49,385 nt of DNA from Eubacteriales bacterium (GTDB taxonomy: Bacteria; Bacillota; Clostridia; Oscillospirales; QAKW01). Below, in pieces: positions 8,665 to 18,536 of this stretch. Positions within the stretch are counted from its first letter, which is position 1; every line of letters begins with the position of its first letter. The stretch is from positions 1 through 49,385 of the forward strand of contig JAZQDS010000028.1 of assembly GCA_045546895.1 (NCBI GenBank), given 5' to 3'. A program made the position numbers and the translations under genes. The notes beneath the pieces are model-generated. The model saw only the letters and a list, made by a program, of their open reading frames with translations, was not told the origin of the DNA and ran no database searches.

Positions 8665-8690
8665 AAAAAAAGCCCGAAAGGGCTTTTTTT
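8665..8690. terminator. Bidirectional intrinsic terminator
   Basis: A7-GCCC-GAAA-GGGC-T7 between convergent genes. Confidence 0.85.
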
Positions 8691-9174
8691 AATATCCTAA
8701 TGTACCTTCGAGGGATTCATCGTCTCGAATCCAATCCTCAACAAGAAAAGAATGAAATTCATCCTTGGTATCGCGAACAATTACCTCTTTAATACCGGCA
8801 TTTATAATCAGCCGCTTACACATAGAGCAGGGCGCAGTATTTTTAACATAATCCCCGCTTTCCGCCTCGTGGCCAACCAGATAAAGAGTCCCATCGATCA
8901 TATCTCTTCGGGCCGCAGAAATGATGCAATTTGCCTCTGCATGAACCGAGCGGCAAAGTTCATATCTCTCTCCGCGCTTTACGCCCATTTTCTCGCGAAT
9001 ACAGGATCCGCAATCATTGCAATTCTGGCGACCGCGCGGCGCACCGTTATAACCGGTTGAAACAATTTCATCGTTCTTAACAATGATTGCGCCAAATTTA
9101 CGGCGCAAGCAGGTGGCTCTTCCGGTGGCGGCATCGGCCATATCCAGATAATAATTGATTTTATCTTTTCTCAT
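8689..9174 (-). CDS. dCMP/cytidine deaminase family protein (ComEB-like)
   Basis: STGYNGAPRG, VHAEAN, PCSMCKR zinc motifs. Start ATG 9174 with GAGGTG RBS. Confidence 0.9.
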   Translation of the reverse strand: MRKDKINYYLDMADAATGRATCLRRKFGAIIVKNDEIVSTGYNGAPRGRQNCNDCGSCIREKMGVKRGERYELCRSVHAEANCIISAARRDMIDGTLYLVGHEAESGDYVKNTAPCSMCKRLIINAGIKEVIVRDTKDEFHSFLVEDWIRDDESLEGTLGY

Positions 9175-9194
9175 GGGTTGCACCTCGTTTCTTT

Positions 9195-9220
9195 AAAAAA
9201 GGGACCTAAAAAGGTCCCTT
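9195..9220 (-). terminator. Terminator downstream of tRNA-Gly
   Basis: AAGGGACC-loop-GGTCCC-TTTTTT on the minus strand. Confidence 0.7.
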
Positions 9221-9223
9221 ATA

Positions 9224-9297
9224 TGGAGCGGGTAATGGGAGTCGAACCCACCTATCAACCTTGGGAAGGTCGCATTCTACCGATGAATTATACCCGC
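9224..9297 (-). tRNA. tRNA-Gly (anticodon CCC)
   Basis: GCGGGTATAATTCATCGGTAGAATGCGACCTTCCCAAGGTTGATAGGTGGGTTCGACTCCCATTACCCGCTCCA: cloverleaf, GTTCGA T-loop, encoded CCA, 74 nt. Confidence 0.97.
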
Positions 9298-9311
9298 AAA
9301 TACTATGGTTT

Positions 9312-9340
9312 AGTATACACTCTTTTTCCCTGCTCGTCAA
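9312..9340 (-). promoter_or_regulatory. Sigma-A promoter for tRNA-Gly
   Basis: TTGACG-17 bp-TATACT. Confidence 0.8.
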
Positions 9341-9350
9341 GTGTTTTTAT

Positions 9351-9384
9351 AAAAAAATCGGTGCCGATTGAAATCGGCACCGAT
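9351..9384 (-). terminator. Terminator of the transketolase operon
   Basis: ATCGGTGCCGATT / AATCGGCACCGAT stem followed by a T run on the minus strand. Confidence 0.88.
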
Positions 9385-9390
9385 ATGTAA

Positions 9391-10329
9391 TTATTTCTTC
9401 AAAGCGATTGCTTCTTTTGCCTTAGCAGCAATACCATCGGCATTCAGCTTGAATACATCCAGCAAGGGAAGCGCGGGGCCGCTCTTACCATAGGTATCTT
9501 CAACGCCATGACGAACAACAGGGCAGCCGCCCTTAGCGGAAACCGCCTCGGTTACAGCACCGCCGAGACCGCCGATAACGGAATGCTCCTCGGTAGTAAC
9601 AATTGCTCCGCATTTTTCAGCATACTTCCAGACAAGCTCTTCATCCAAAGGCTTGATGCAAGCAATATTAATAACAGCTGCATCGATCCCTTCAGCCTTC
9701 AGCTGCTCAGCAGCCTCCAGCGCGCGGGCAACCATCAGGCCGGTAGCAATGATTGCAACATCCTTACCATCCTTCAAAACATTGCCCTTGCCGATCTCAA
9801 CCTTATGATCATCACCAAAAATAGACTCAACTGCCATTCTGCCAAAACGCAGATAAACAGGACCATTATGTTCAATGGCCGCCTTAACGCAAAGGCGCGC
9901 CTCAACGGGATCAGCAGGATTGAGGATAACCATACCGGGGATAGTACGCATCAAAGCAATATCCTCGTTGCACTGATGGGTAGCACCATCTTCACCAACA
10001 GAAATACCGGCGTGGGTAGCGCCGATTTTAACATTGAGATGAGGATAACCGATGGAATTGCGAACCTGCTCAAAAGCACGACCGGCAGCAAACATTGCAA
10101 AAGAGCTTGCAAAAACGGTCTTACCGGTGGTTGCCATACCGGCGGCAACACTCATCATATTGCCTTCAGCAATACCGCAATCGATAAAACGATCGGGAAA
10201 CGCCTTTTTTACATTGGCAGTCTTGGTAGCTGCAGCAAGGTCAGCATCCAAAACATAAAGATCATATTCTTCGGCAAACTCAACAAGAGCCTTGCCGTAG
10301 CTATCTCTGGTTGCTTCTTTTATAGACAT
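9391..10329 (-). CDS. Transketolase, C-terminal subunit
   Basis: DADLAAAT, GIAEGNM, GEDGATHQ, YLRFGR, EEHSVIGGLG. Confidence 0.95.
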   Translation of the reverse strand: MSIKEATRDSYGKALVEFAEEYDLYVLDADLAAATKTANVKKAFPDRFIDCGIAEGNMMSVAAGMATTGKTVFASSFAMFAAGRAFEQVRNSIGYPHLNVKIGATHAGISVGEDGATHQCNEDIALMRTIPGMVILNPADPVEARLCVKAAIEHNGPVYLRFGRMAVESIFGDDHKVEIGKGNVLKDGKDVAIIATGLMVARALEAAEQLKAEGIDAAVINIACIKPLDEELVWKYAEKCGAIVTTEEHSVIGGLGGAVTEAVSAKGGCPVVRHGVEDTYGKSGPALPLLDVFKLNADGIAAKAKEAIALKK

Positions 10330-11156
10330 TTTGCAGCCTCCTTCAATTCATTGATTGCCACCTCGTATTGCTCATCATTAGGAGCAGTACCGTGCCAGCT
10401 AACCTGATTTTCCATAAAGGATACACCCTTGCCCTTAACAGTCTTGGCAACGATCAAGGTGGGCTTTCCTTTGCATTCCTTGGCGGCATTGAATGCCTTT
10501 TCAAGGGAATCAAAATCATGACCATCAGCTTCAACCGCATTCATGCCGAAAGCAAGCGCCTTTTCAAGGATGGGAGCGCTGTTCATAACTTCAGCAACAG
10601 GACCATCAATCTGCAGACCGTTATCATCAACAACGATGCAAAGATTGTCAAGCTTATAATGAGCCGCAAACATCAATGCCTCCCATACCTGACCTTCTTC
10701 AATCTCGCCATCGCCAAGAATGGTATAAACACGATAGGAATCACCGCTCTTCTTCGCAGAAAGAGCCATGCCGCAAGCAGCAGAGATGCCCTGACCCAAA
10801 GAACCGCTGGACATATCGATCCCGGGAATACCCTTCATATCGGGGTGACCCTGCAGGATGCTTCCGATCTGACGGAAGGTAGAAAGAATAGCGGGATCAA
10901 AATAACCTTTTCTTGCAAGCGCAGAATAAACCGCGGGGCAGGTATGACCCTTGGAAAGAACCATACGATCACGATCCGCCCAATCGGGGTTTTTAGGATC
11001 CACATTCATTTCAGCAAAATACAAATATGCAACAATATCAGCAATCGACAAAGATCCACCGGGATGGCCGGATTTGGCGCTATGCACCTGCTCAATAATA
11101 TCCGCCCGAATGGTATTTGCCAGCTTTTTCAGTTGCAGCTTAGCCTCTTCACACAT
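10320..11156 (-). CDS. Transketolase, N-terminal (TPP-binding) subunit
   Basis: SGHPGGSLS, LSKGH, LQGHP, GSLGQG, GDGEIEEG. Start ATG 11156 with AAGGAGG RBS. Confidence 0.95.
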   Translation of the reverse strand: MCEEAKLQLKKLANTIRADIIEQVHSAKSGHPGGSLSIADIVAYLYFAEMNVDPKNPDWADRDRMVLSKGHTCPAVYSALARKGYFDPAILSTFRQIGSILQGHPDMKGIPGIDMSSGSLGQGISAACGMALSAKKSGDSYRVYTILGDGEIEEGQVWEALMFAAHYKLDNLCIVVDDNGLQIDGPVAEVMNSAPILEKALAFGMNAVEADGHDFDSLEKAFNAAKECKGKPTLIVAKTVKGKGVSFMENQVSWHGTAPNDEQYEVAINELKEAAKCL

Positions 11157-11187
11157 TTGGTGAGCCTCCTTATTTTTATTTAGTTCT

Positions 11188-11216
11188 ATTGTATACTTTA
11201 TGAGCCGTAAAGTCAA
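11188..11216 (-). promoter_or_regulatory. Sigma-A promoter for transketolase
   Basis: TTGACT-17 bp-TACAAT. Confidence 0.7.
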
Positions 11217-11236
11217 TAAAAATTTGTCTAAAACGG

Positions 11237-11265
11237 TTGAATCGTCATCGTTGATTTGATATAAT
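11237..11265 (+). promoter_or_regulatory. Sigma-A promoter for rarA-nth
   Basis: TTGAAT-17 bp-TATAAT with extended TG. Confidence 0.75.
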
Positions 11266-11293
11266 AAATTAAAATTGAAAGGAGGAGATTGCA

Positions 11294-12547
11294 TTGCGCC
11301 CGCTCTCTGACGTTTTACGTCCTAATACAATAGAAGATATGGTTGGCCAGCGCCATTTGCTCAGCGAAGGAAAGCTCTTAAGGGCTGTTGCTGATGGCGG
11401 CGAAATTCCAAATATGATCTTTTACGGCCCGAGCGGAGTCGGAAAAACAACCCTCGCCCGCATAATTTCCGAAAAATCCGATCGTAAGCTTTATAAATTA
11501 AATGCGACTACTGCATCCATCAATGATATCAAGGAAATCATTAACGATATCAATCCGTTCAGCGCACCGAACGGAATTCTTTTATATTTAGATGAAATTC
11601 AATATTTTAACAAGAAGCAGCAACAATCCTTGCTTGAATTTATTGAAAACGGCAGCATAACATTAATTGCATCAACCACTGAAAATCCTTATTTTTATGT
11701 ATACAACGCAATTCTCAGCCGCTGCACTGTATTTGAATTCAAGCCCGTTCCGGCCCTTGAAATGATACCGTTTATCAAGCGAGCGATCTCTTTTCTCGAA
11801 GAACAGCGTAATTTCAGCATACAGTATACCGATGAGGGGTTAAAAAAGATTGCTTATGGTTGCGGCGGCGATGTTCGAAAGTGCTGCAATTGCATCGAAA
11901 TCATATCTTTGGCCTTAACAAAAGATAATAATGTGATTACCGAGGAAATGATCGCTGAAGCTTCGCAACGCAGCGGAAATCATTACGATAAAGATGGAGA
12001 TTACCATTACGACATCCTTTCCGCTTTTCAAAAATCCATTCGCGGCTCCGATCCCGATGCGGCGCTTCTCTACCTGGCCCGGCTGCTGGACGCCGGAAAT
12101 TTAATCGCGCCCTGTCGCCGCCTGATGGTCATTGCTGCCGAGGATATCGGGCTCGCCTATCCGCAAGCAATCCAAATTGTTAAATCCTGCGTTGATTGCG
12201 CCCAGGCCCTCGGGCTTCCGGAAGCGCGAATCCCCTTGGCAGAAGCGGTAATTCTTTTGGCGACCGCCCCTAAATCCAATTCGGCCATCAATGCGATCGA
12301 TGCTGCCATTGAGGATGTTCGCAGCGGAAAGGGGCAGGTAATTCCCTCCAACATTCAGGATAGCCATTACAGCGGCGCAGAAAAGCTTGGACACGGAAAA
12401 TCCTACCTATACCCTCACGCCTTCCCCAATCATTATGTTGAGCAAAACTATATGCCCGAGGATCTTAGAGGAAAGCGTTATTATGAATTTGGAGATAACA
12501 AGCTGGAAGTGGCATCTAAAGAATATTGGAAAAAGGTAAAAGGCTAA
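11294..12547 (+). CDS. rarA: Replication-associated recombination protein A (AAA+ ATPase, MgsA)
   Basis: GPSGVGKTT, LYLDEIQYFNKKQQ, TTENP, SAFQKSIRGSDPDAA, AEDIGLA, YLYPH; TTG start with GGAGG RBS. Confidence 0.96.
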   Translation: MRPLSDVLRPNTIEDMVGQRHLLSEGKLLRAVADGGEIPNMIFYGPSGVGKTTLARIISEKSDRKLYKLNATTASINDIKEIINDINPFSAPNGILLYLDEIQYFNKKQQQSLLEFIENGSITLIASTTENPYFYVYNAILSRCTVFEFKPVPALEMIPFIKRAISFLEEQRNFSIQYTDEGLKKIAYGCGGDVRKCCNCIEIISLALTKDNNVITEEMIAEASQRSGNHYDKDGDYHYDILSAFQKSIRGSDPDAALLYLARLLDAGNLIAPCRRLMVIAAEDIGLAYPQAIQIVKSCVDCAQALGLPEARIPLAEAVILLATAPKSNSAINAIDAAIEDVRSGKGQVIPSNIQDSHYSGAEKLGHGKSYLYPHAFPNHYVEQNYMPEDLRGKRYYEFGDNKLEVASKEYWKKVKG

Positions 12548-12549
12548 AA

Positions 12550-13185
12550 ATGAGAAAGAAAGAAAAAATTGCATTTATCATTAATGAATTAAATCACCTC
12601 TATCCCACCGCCGAATGTGCGCTCCATTATTCAAAGCCCTATGAGCTCCTGATTGCCACCCGCCTTTCGGCGCAATGCACCGATGAGCGCGTAAACAAAA
12701 TTACTCCTGCCCTCTTTGCGCGTTACCCAACTCTTGAATCCTTTGCTTCCGCTGATTTTGAGGAGCTTTGCGGCTATGTTCATTCCTGCGGCTTTTTCAG
12801 GGCAAAGGCGAAAAGCATTATTGAAATGAGCCAAGCCCTTTTGGAGCGCTACAACGGCATTGTTCCGGACACCATTGAAGAGCTGACATCCCTTTCGGGC
12901 ATCGGGCGCAAAACAGCAAATTTAATCTGCGGTGATATTTACGGAAAACCGGCCATCATTGCCGATACCCATTGTATCCGCTTATCTAATCGACTTGGGT
13001 TATCGGATAGCAAAAACCCCGAGATTGTTGAGCGCCATCTCAAGGCGGCCATCCCGCCCGAGCATCAAACAAAGTTTTGCCATAATCTTGTCCATCATGG
13101 GCGGGCAGTTTGCAACGCGAGGAGCCCTCAATGCGGAATTTGCCCCCTGAAAGACGCCTGCAATTATTTCAAATGTAAAAAATAA
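12550..13185 (+). CDS. nth: Endonuclease III
   Basis: LSAQCTDERVN, HhH motif LSGIGRKTAN, DTH, 4Fe-4S motif C-x6-C-x2-C-x5-C. Confidence 0.96.
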   Translation: MRKKEKIAFIINELNHLYPTAECALHYSKPYELLIATRLSAQCTDERVNKITPALFARYPTLESFASADFEELCGYVHSCGFFRAKAKSIIEMSQALLERYNGIVPDTIEELTSLSGIGRKTANLICGDIYGKPAIIADTHCIRLSNRLGLSDSKNPEIVERHLKAAIPPEHQTKFCHNLVHHGRAVCNARSPQCGICPLKDACNYFKCKK

Positions 13186-13204
13186 TTGACCATCGCGAAA
13201 ACGA

Positions 13205-13233
13205 TTGACATTTATTTATTATAATTATATAAT
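13205..13233 (+). promoter_or_regulatory. Perfect-consensus sigma-A promoter for secD-secF
   Basis: TTGACA-17 bp-TATAAT. Confidence 0.85.
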
Positions 13234-13289
13234 ACTATTTAGTTTATTTTTAAATTTGGTGGTTATTTTACCATCAAGAGGAGGTTACA

Positions 13290-14627
13290 ATGAGACAGAA
13301 AAAAGCCAGCATCTGGCAAAAAGTATCTTTCTTTATTGTCGCTATCATAATTTTTGCAATCGTAGGCTATACCGCCTATGGGATTGCAACAGAGCGTGAT
13401 GACTATATGCGCTTTGGTATCGACATTAAAGGCGGCGTAAGCGCCACATTCCAATCGGCCGATAGCAAAATCATCCCCACCGATGATCAGCTTGAATCCG
13501 CAAAAGCAATTATCGAAGTTCGTTTAGACGGTAAGAACATTTTAGACCGTACCGTAACCATCGATAAAGAAAACCATAGTATTATTGTTGAATTTCCTTG
13601 GCAGAAGGGCGAAAAGGATTTCGATCCTGTTGCCGCCATTAAGGAACTGGGCGAAACTGCTCAATTAACCTTTGCCATCGTTGAGGAAGCAAAAGAGGGC
13701 GATAAAGACGCTATTGAGCTCAAATATGATGATGAGCTGGCCGGCAGCTTTACCATCGAAGAAAAATTCTTGGACGGCTCGAATGTTTCCAAAGCAGAAG
13801 CAGGATTTTTAGAGGGCGAATATATCGTCAATCTTAAATTCGATAATAAAGGCGCCAAAATCTTTGGCGATACTACCGGCAAGCATGTTGGTGATCTGAT
13901 CGGTATTATGATGGATGATACCCTGATCAGCGTTGCAACTGTTGAAACCGCCATTACCGGCGGCGAAGGCTATATCAGCGGTGCGTTTACCGCCGAGGAA
14001 GCCAAGGATCTTGCGTCTAAGATCAATTCCGGTGCCCTTCCCTTTACTATGGAATCCACAAATTATTCCTCTGTTAGCGCAACCATGGGTACTCACGCTC
14101 TGAATGTTATGATGCTCGCCGGCATGATCGCTTTGCTGATCATCGTAATCTTCATGTGTGCATACTATCGCGTTCCCGGTTTTGTGGCCTCTATTACCCT
14201 GCTGCTTCAAACAGCCGGTCAGCTTTTGATTTTCCATCTGCTCGGCCTCACTCTCACCCTTCCCGGTATTGCCGGTATTATCCTTTCAATCGGTATGGGC
14301 GTTGATTCCAACATCATTATTGCCGAACGTATCAAAGAGGAAATCAATGCGGGCAAGACTTTAAAAGGCGCCATCTCCGCCGGCTATAATCGTGCATTCT
14401 CCGCTGTTTTGGATTGTAACGTTACTACCGCTGCGGTTGCATTGCTGCTGATGTTCTTCGGCACAGGCGCAATGCTTTCCTTCTCCTATACTCTGCTGAT
14501 CGGTATTCTTATGAACTTCGGTCTTTCGATCATTTCCAGCAAGCTGATGGTTGAATCCCTTGCTTGCTATAAGATCTTTTCCAATCCTGCCTATTATGGC
14601 TATAAAAAAGCAAAGGAGGTAAAATAA
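13290..14627 (+). CDS. secD: Protein translocase subunit SecD
   Basis: FGIDIKGG, INSGALP, LTLPGIAGIILSIGMGVDSNIIIAERIKEE. Confidence 0.96.
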   Translation: MRQKKASIWQKVSFFIVAIIIFAIVGYTAYGIATERDDYMRFGIDIKGGVSATFQSADSKIIPTDDQLESAKAIIEVRLDGKNILDRTVTIDKENHSIIVEFPWQKGEKDFDPVAAIKELGETAQLTFAIVEEAKEGDKDAIELKYDDELAGSFTIEEKFLDGSNVSKAEAGFLEGEYIVNLKFDNKGAKIFGDTTGKHVGDLIGIMMDDTLISVATVETAITGGEGYISGAFTAEEAKDLASKINSGALPFTMESTNYSSVSATMGTHALNVMMLAGMIALLIIVIFMCAYYRVPGFVASITLLLQTAGQLLIFHLLGLTLTLPGIAGIILSIGMGVDSNIIIAERIKEEINAGKTLKGAISAGYNRAFSAVLDCNVTTAAVALLLMFFGTGAMLSFSYTLLIGILMNFGLSIISSKLMVESLACYKIFSNPAYYGYKKAKEVK

Positions 14628-14628
14628 G

Positions 14629-15534
14629 ATGATTAATTTTTATGCAAAAAGAAAAATCTACTATATTATCTCCCTCGCTTTAATTGTTGCGGGTATTGTT
14701 GGTTTGTTTGTTCGTGGTGTAAAGCTGGATATCACCTTCAGCGGCGGTGCTAAAATCACTTATAGCTATACCGGTGATACCATTGAGCCCGCAGAGGTTG
14801 AATCTCTGGTTAAGAAAACCTTAAACAGAACCGCTACTGCTCAAAATGCCACAGGCTATCAAACCGATGATCAATCTTTGGTAATCAGCCTCGCCGGCAA
14901 TAAGAGCCTTACTACCGAAGAGCAAGAAAAGCTTTATAACGCTCTTGATAAAGCCTATAAAGAGAATAAGATCGAGCAAGGATCTACTACAAATGTTGAG
15001 CCCTCCATCGGCCGCCGTTTCTTCGTTCGCGGATTGATTGCGATCGGCTTGGCCGCAATCTTTATTATTCTCTACGTTACCCTGCGCTTCTCAGTTGTTT
15101 CCGGCTTTACCGCCGCAATCACAGCGCTGATTGCATTATTCCATGATATTGCAATGGTTTTCTTTGTATTTGTTTTGTTCGGCATCCCCATCAACGATGG
15201 TTTTATCGCTGTTGTTCTGACTATTTTGGGTTATTCCGTAAACGATACGCTGGTAATCTTTGACCGCATCCGCGAGAATAAGCGCTTACATGGTAACAAG
15301 ATCACAACCGTTGATCTTGTTAATATGAGCATCAAGCAGTCTGTAACGCGAACTTTAAATACCACCTTGATGTCGCTGGCTGCCATCCTTTTGGTATTGA
15401 TCTTCGGCGCAGTAAAAGGCCTCTCCTCCATCGTGAATTTTGCGTTACCGATGATGATCGGTATTATCTCCGGCTGCTATTCTTCCACCTTGATTGCCCC
15501 TACCATTTGGTGCGGCTTCAAGAAAGAAAAATAA
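14629..15534 (+). CDS. secF: Protein translocase subunit SecF
   Basis: LDITFSGG, ALFHD, LGYSVNDTLVIFDRIRE, TRTLNTT. Confidence 0.96.
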   Translation: MINFYAKRKIYYIISLALIVAGIVGLFVRGVKLDITFSGGAKITYSYTGDTIEPAEVESLVKKTLNRTATAQNATGYQTDDQSLVISLAGNKSLTTEEQEKLYNALDKAYKENKIEQGSTTNVEPSIGRRFFVRGLIAIGLAAIFIILYVTLRFSVVSGFTAAITALIALFHDIAMVFFVFVLFGIPINDGFIAVVLTILGYSVNDTLVIFDRIRENKRLHGNKITTVDLVNMSIKQSVTRTLNTTLMSLAAILLVLIFGAVKGLSSIVNFALPMMIGIISGCYSSTLIAPTIWCGFKKEK

Positions 15535-15545
15535 GAACAATAAAA

Positions 15546-15902
15546 TTATTTTTCTTCGGTGTTGAGCTGAACATTTACAACATTAACATTAACTGCTTTA
15601 ACATTATAATTGGTCATATCGCGGATCGCGGTAAGGATAGAATCCTGAACCTTTATAGCAATATCCTGAATATTGGTTTTAAACTCAACAATGATATTAG
15701 CGGTAACGGAAAGACCCTGATCAGAAATCTCAACAGAAATCCCTTTGCCGGCATATTTTTTGGTAATCAAATCCTTCAGATTTCCGCCCAAGGTCGCTGC
15801 AAGACCAACAACCCCTTCAACTTCATTAGCAGCAACACTCGCAATAGTACATAATACCTCTTCAGAAATCTCAACAGTACCCATCTCGTTGGAAATATCC
15901 AT
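15546..15902 (-). CDS. Asp23/Gls24 family envelope stress protein
   Basis: GTVEISEEVLCTIASVAANEVEGV...KVQ...VNVNV; AAGGAG RBS; usual position after spoIIIAH. Confidence 0.9.
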   Translation of the reverse strand: MDISNEMGTVEISEEVLCTIASVAANEVEGVVGLAATLGGNLKDLITKKYAGKGISVEISDQGLSVTANIIVEFKTNIQDIAIKVQDSILTAIRDMTNYNVKAVNVNVVNVQLNTEEK

Positions 15903-15935
15903 AGTAAACTCTCCTTTGAAATACTTGTTATTAGT

Positions 15936-15965
15936 ATTATATCATAAAGAAAGTAATAATTGCAA
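15936..15965 (-). promoter_or_regulatory. Sigma-A promoter for the asp23-like gene
   Basis: TTGCAA-18 bp-TATAAT with extended TG. Confidence 0.6.
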
Positions 15966-15972
15966 GTTTTTT

Positions 15973-16530
15973 CTATGCACCTTTAATTTCAACAATTTTA
16001 ATCGCCGAAGCGGCTTTTCCGGATTCAGAGATAACAATCTCATTAATCTGCGCCGCCTGCTCCGCCGAAAGCCCCGAGGTAGCAACAACAACATTAACAC
16101 TTTGATCATTAATATAAACCATACATTCCTCAAACCCCTTGGCCTTGATCAAGCTTTCAATGGTGCTCTCAACATCGGTTACCTTCGCAAGATTAATCAT
16201 ATCCGAATTAGCTTTTTCCTTAATTTCATCTTCGGAATCCTCGCTTTCGGCCACCGTTTTCAATAATTCCAGCGCCTCATCCCTTGTTTTTTGCTTTGAG
16301 GTTCTGCACTCGCTGAAATATGCATCTATATCTTTCGCTTCACCTTGAACCAGCTGCGCTTCACCCAAAACCTTTCCGTCCTCTTTATTTTCCTTTTGAT
16401 TGGTATCCACAGACACGATACCCTTATCCCCTGTATCTACCCGATCTAAAAAGCGCCAGTTTAAATATACTGCTATGCAAACAACAAGCGCCAACGATAA
16501 AAACACAATTTGTCGTTTGTTAATCTTCAT
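15973..16530 (-). CDS. spoIIIAH: Stage III sporulation protein AH
   Basis: N-terminal TM, YFSECR, ESLIKAKGF, VNVVV...QINEIV; last gene of the spoIIIA operon. Confidence 0.92.
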   Translation of the reverse strand: MKINKRQIVFLSLALVVCIAVYLNWRFLDRVDTGDKGIVSVDTNQKENKEDGKVLGEAQLVQGEAKDIDAYFSECRTSKQKTRDEALELLKTVAESEDSEDEIKEKANSDMINLAKVTDVESTIESLIKAKGFEECMVYINDQSVNVVVATSGLSAEQAAQINEIVISESGKAASAIKIVEIKGA

Positions 16531-16535
16531 TATAT

Positions 16536-17006
16536 TCACCCTTTCTTCAATACAACGCAAATCTTATTGCTGCCAATTCCCAACACTGTTGAAACTGCCT
16601 CTGTTATTGCTGATGCAACTATTTTGCTTTCTGCCCCAATGCTTGCAATCGTTACTCCTGCAATCTGCGGCAGTTCTTCCCGCCGCAAAACGGGCACTTC
16701 ATTTCCGTTTTTGTCTTTAATAACTAAGACGGAGCCATTTTCACGAATATATATATTCTCTCCGCTGTTTGCTAATGTTATAGTAACTTCACAGCTTCCC
16801 GCCCCCTCAATTCCGAGCAACATCTCTTCGATTCGTTGTTCAGTAATCTCTGCGTAATCAGAGCTTCCCGAAACTACGGTAGCCACATCATCATCCGTCC
16901 TCTTATTCAGCGGTAAAATCATCAGGACAACGCCGAGAATAATCAAAGCAACAAAATACCAATTACTTCGTAAATAGCTGATAATCTCTTCTGTTTTTTT
17001 ATTCAT
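16536..17006 (-). CDS. spoIIIAG: Stage III sporulation protein AG (short form)
   Basis: TM, then EQRIEEMLLGIEGAGSCEVTITL...PQIAGV...AVSTVLGIGSNKICV ring-building motif. Confidence 0.85.
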   Translation of the reverse strand: MNKKTEEIISYLRSNWYFVALIILGVVLMILPLNKRTDDDVATVVSGSSDYAEITEQRIEEMLLGIEGAGSCEVTITLANSGENIYIRENGSVLVIKDKNGNEVPVLRREELPQIAGVTIASIGAESKIVASAITEAVSTVLGIGSNKICVVLKKG

Positions 17007-17445
17007 TTTTCACCTCAAAATAAGCAATACCGATCTGATACCGTCCGGCAAGCAAATTGCGCGCTCGCTCGGCATCTTTTCCGCTCAAAATCACCTTCTG
17101 AACGGAATACTGATCTTGATCACCCGCGATCATTACAGCAACCACCTCCGCATCCGCTTCTGTTTCATCGAGAAACCGCTGAAATTCTTTTTTGAGCCCC
17201 TTTTCCATCAGCTCTATGCTTTCATTCCATATCGCTTCATCTCGACTGATTTCGGCATTAAATAGTGCAGAGATTGAGCTGAAATCAAAATGAAGGATTC
17301 CGTTAAGAATAGAGAATAATATAAAAGCTGAAATAATAGTTTTCATCAAAAACATCATTTTGCTTTTGGGGATTACTTGCTTTAAATATGCTGCCAACAC
17401 CATTAAAATGCTTATGTATAATCCTATACTTTTAATACCGCTCAT
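16999..17445 (-). CDS. spoIIIAF: Stage III sporulation protein AF (divergent)
   Basis: Position between AE and AG, two N-terminal TMs plus a soluble domain, ATGA coupling to AE. Confidence 0.7.
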   Translation of the reverse strand: MSGIKSIGLYISILMVLAAYLKQVIPKSKMMFLMKTIISAFILFSILNGILHFDFSSISALFNAEISRDEAIWNESIELMEKGLKKEFQRFLDETEADAEVVAVMIAGDQDQYSVQKVILSGKDAERARNLLAGRYQIGIAYFEVKNE

Positions 17446-18536
17446 AACCCTACCTGAATCATTAATCCGAAAAATGAAAAAAGCCCCATTAATACAACGC
17501 TTCCGCCCAAAGCAAGCATCAAATAGAAGCAATTGGCTAATACATCGGCAATTGGGCGTACACCTGAATCATTCATAAAATCCGCAACCCATTTGCAAAA
17601 ACTCCAGATTAACCCGCAAACGCCGATGCGAATCAGCGAGGGGAGCATAACTGAAAGCAAGATTAACACCCCGCCGATGGCAAATGAGGTCTTGACCCCT
17701 GCAGCAACTGCGAATAAACCATCAACCCCTTGAGATAAGGTGTTACCAACCATCGGGATCAGGCTCCCCACCGCAGAACGAATATATTTTTTAGTCAGTT
17801 GATCTCCCGCGGAGGCGGCACCGCTCTGCATACGCAAGACCACGCGGAAAAGCGAAATTCCGATTCCGATCACCCAAATAATAAACCTTCTGATATTTTT
17901 ACCGATGGATGCGAAATTATATTCATCGCTAACAGCAGAACAAAGGCCGATTGCAAGGTAAACATCAGTAAGCGGTAGCAAAATATATTCTCCCAACAAC
18001 GAAGAAATCTCTCCAAGCAAAACCATCGCACCCGAAAAGACTGCCGCGCCGCCTCCCTCGCCTGCCGCAACCATAACAACCCCAAAGGCAGGAATGCACG
18101 CGGATGTAAATACATGAATACTTTGAATCGCCTCTCGGAGCTGTCCTGCGCAATCCCTCAGTTCGTGTTCACACATCAACATCAGCGACACAGAAAGAAT
18201 GAATGAAAACAATAATTGCAGATTTTGATTTTGGACATTTCCTGCGCATCGATTTAAAATAACAGATAGCAAAATCAAGGCAATTCCCTTAATCAGCAAT
18301 TGTAAACCACTTTTAACGCCAATTGAAAGCTGCCTTTTCAAATATCCGAATATGTTTTTATAGCTGATATCTTCTTGAACATCCTGCGGATTATTCAAAT
18401 CTGTTTCATCGGATAAGAGAGAATCTTCTGTGGATACAGAATTTCGAAATCCATCGTCATACTGCGCCTCCTCTGCGAAGGCAGAAAATGAAAATATAGC
18501 AACAAAGATTAAAAAAAGAATTAAAAATCGTTTCAT
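17442..18536 (-). CDS. spoIIIAE: Stage III sporulation protein AE
   Basis: Signal peptide, polytopic membrane protein, GSLIPMVGNTLS motif, operon position. Confidence 0.88.
   Translation of the reverse strand: MKRFLILFLIFVAIFSFSAFAEEAQYDDGFRNSVSTEDSLLSDETDLNNPQDVQEDISYKNIFGYLKRQLSIGVKSGLQLLIKGIALILLSVILNRCAGNVQNQNLQLLFSFILSVSLMLMCEHELRDCAGQLREAIQSIHVFTSACIPAFGVVMVAAGEGGGAAVFSGAMVLLGEISSLLGEYILLPLTDVYLAIGLCSAVSDEYNFASIGKNIRRFIIWVIGIGISLFRVVLRMQSGAASAGDQLTKKYIRSAVGSLIPMVGNTLSQGVDGLFAVAAGVKTSFAIGGVLILLSVMLPSLIRIGVCGLIWSFCKWVADFMNDSGVRPIADVLANCFYLMLALGGSVVLMGLFSFFGLMIQVGL

Noticed and set aside
9224-9297. tRNA-Gly as an integration site or non-proteinogenic tRNA
   Set aside because: No integrase or duplicated tRNA 3' end seen in the window; D-loop GG and TTC T-loop are canonical.
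9178-9390. 70-aa plus-strand ORF
   Set aside because: It is the antisense of tRNA-Gly, its promoter and terminators.
9508-11183. Long plus-strand ORFs (299 and 271 aa) opposite transketolase
   Set aside because: Antisense shadows of codon-biased genes; no recognisable motifs.
15524-15556. 11-bp inverted repeat at the convergent secF/asp23 junction
   Set aside because: Arises because both genes end GAA AAA TAA; A/T-rich stem too weak to call a terminator.
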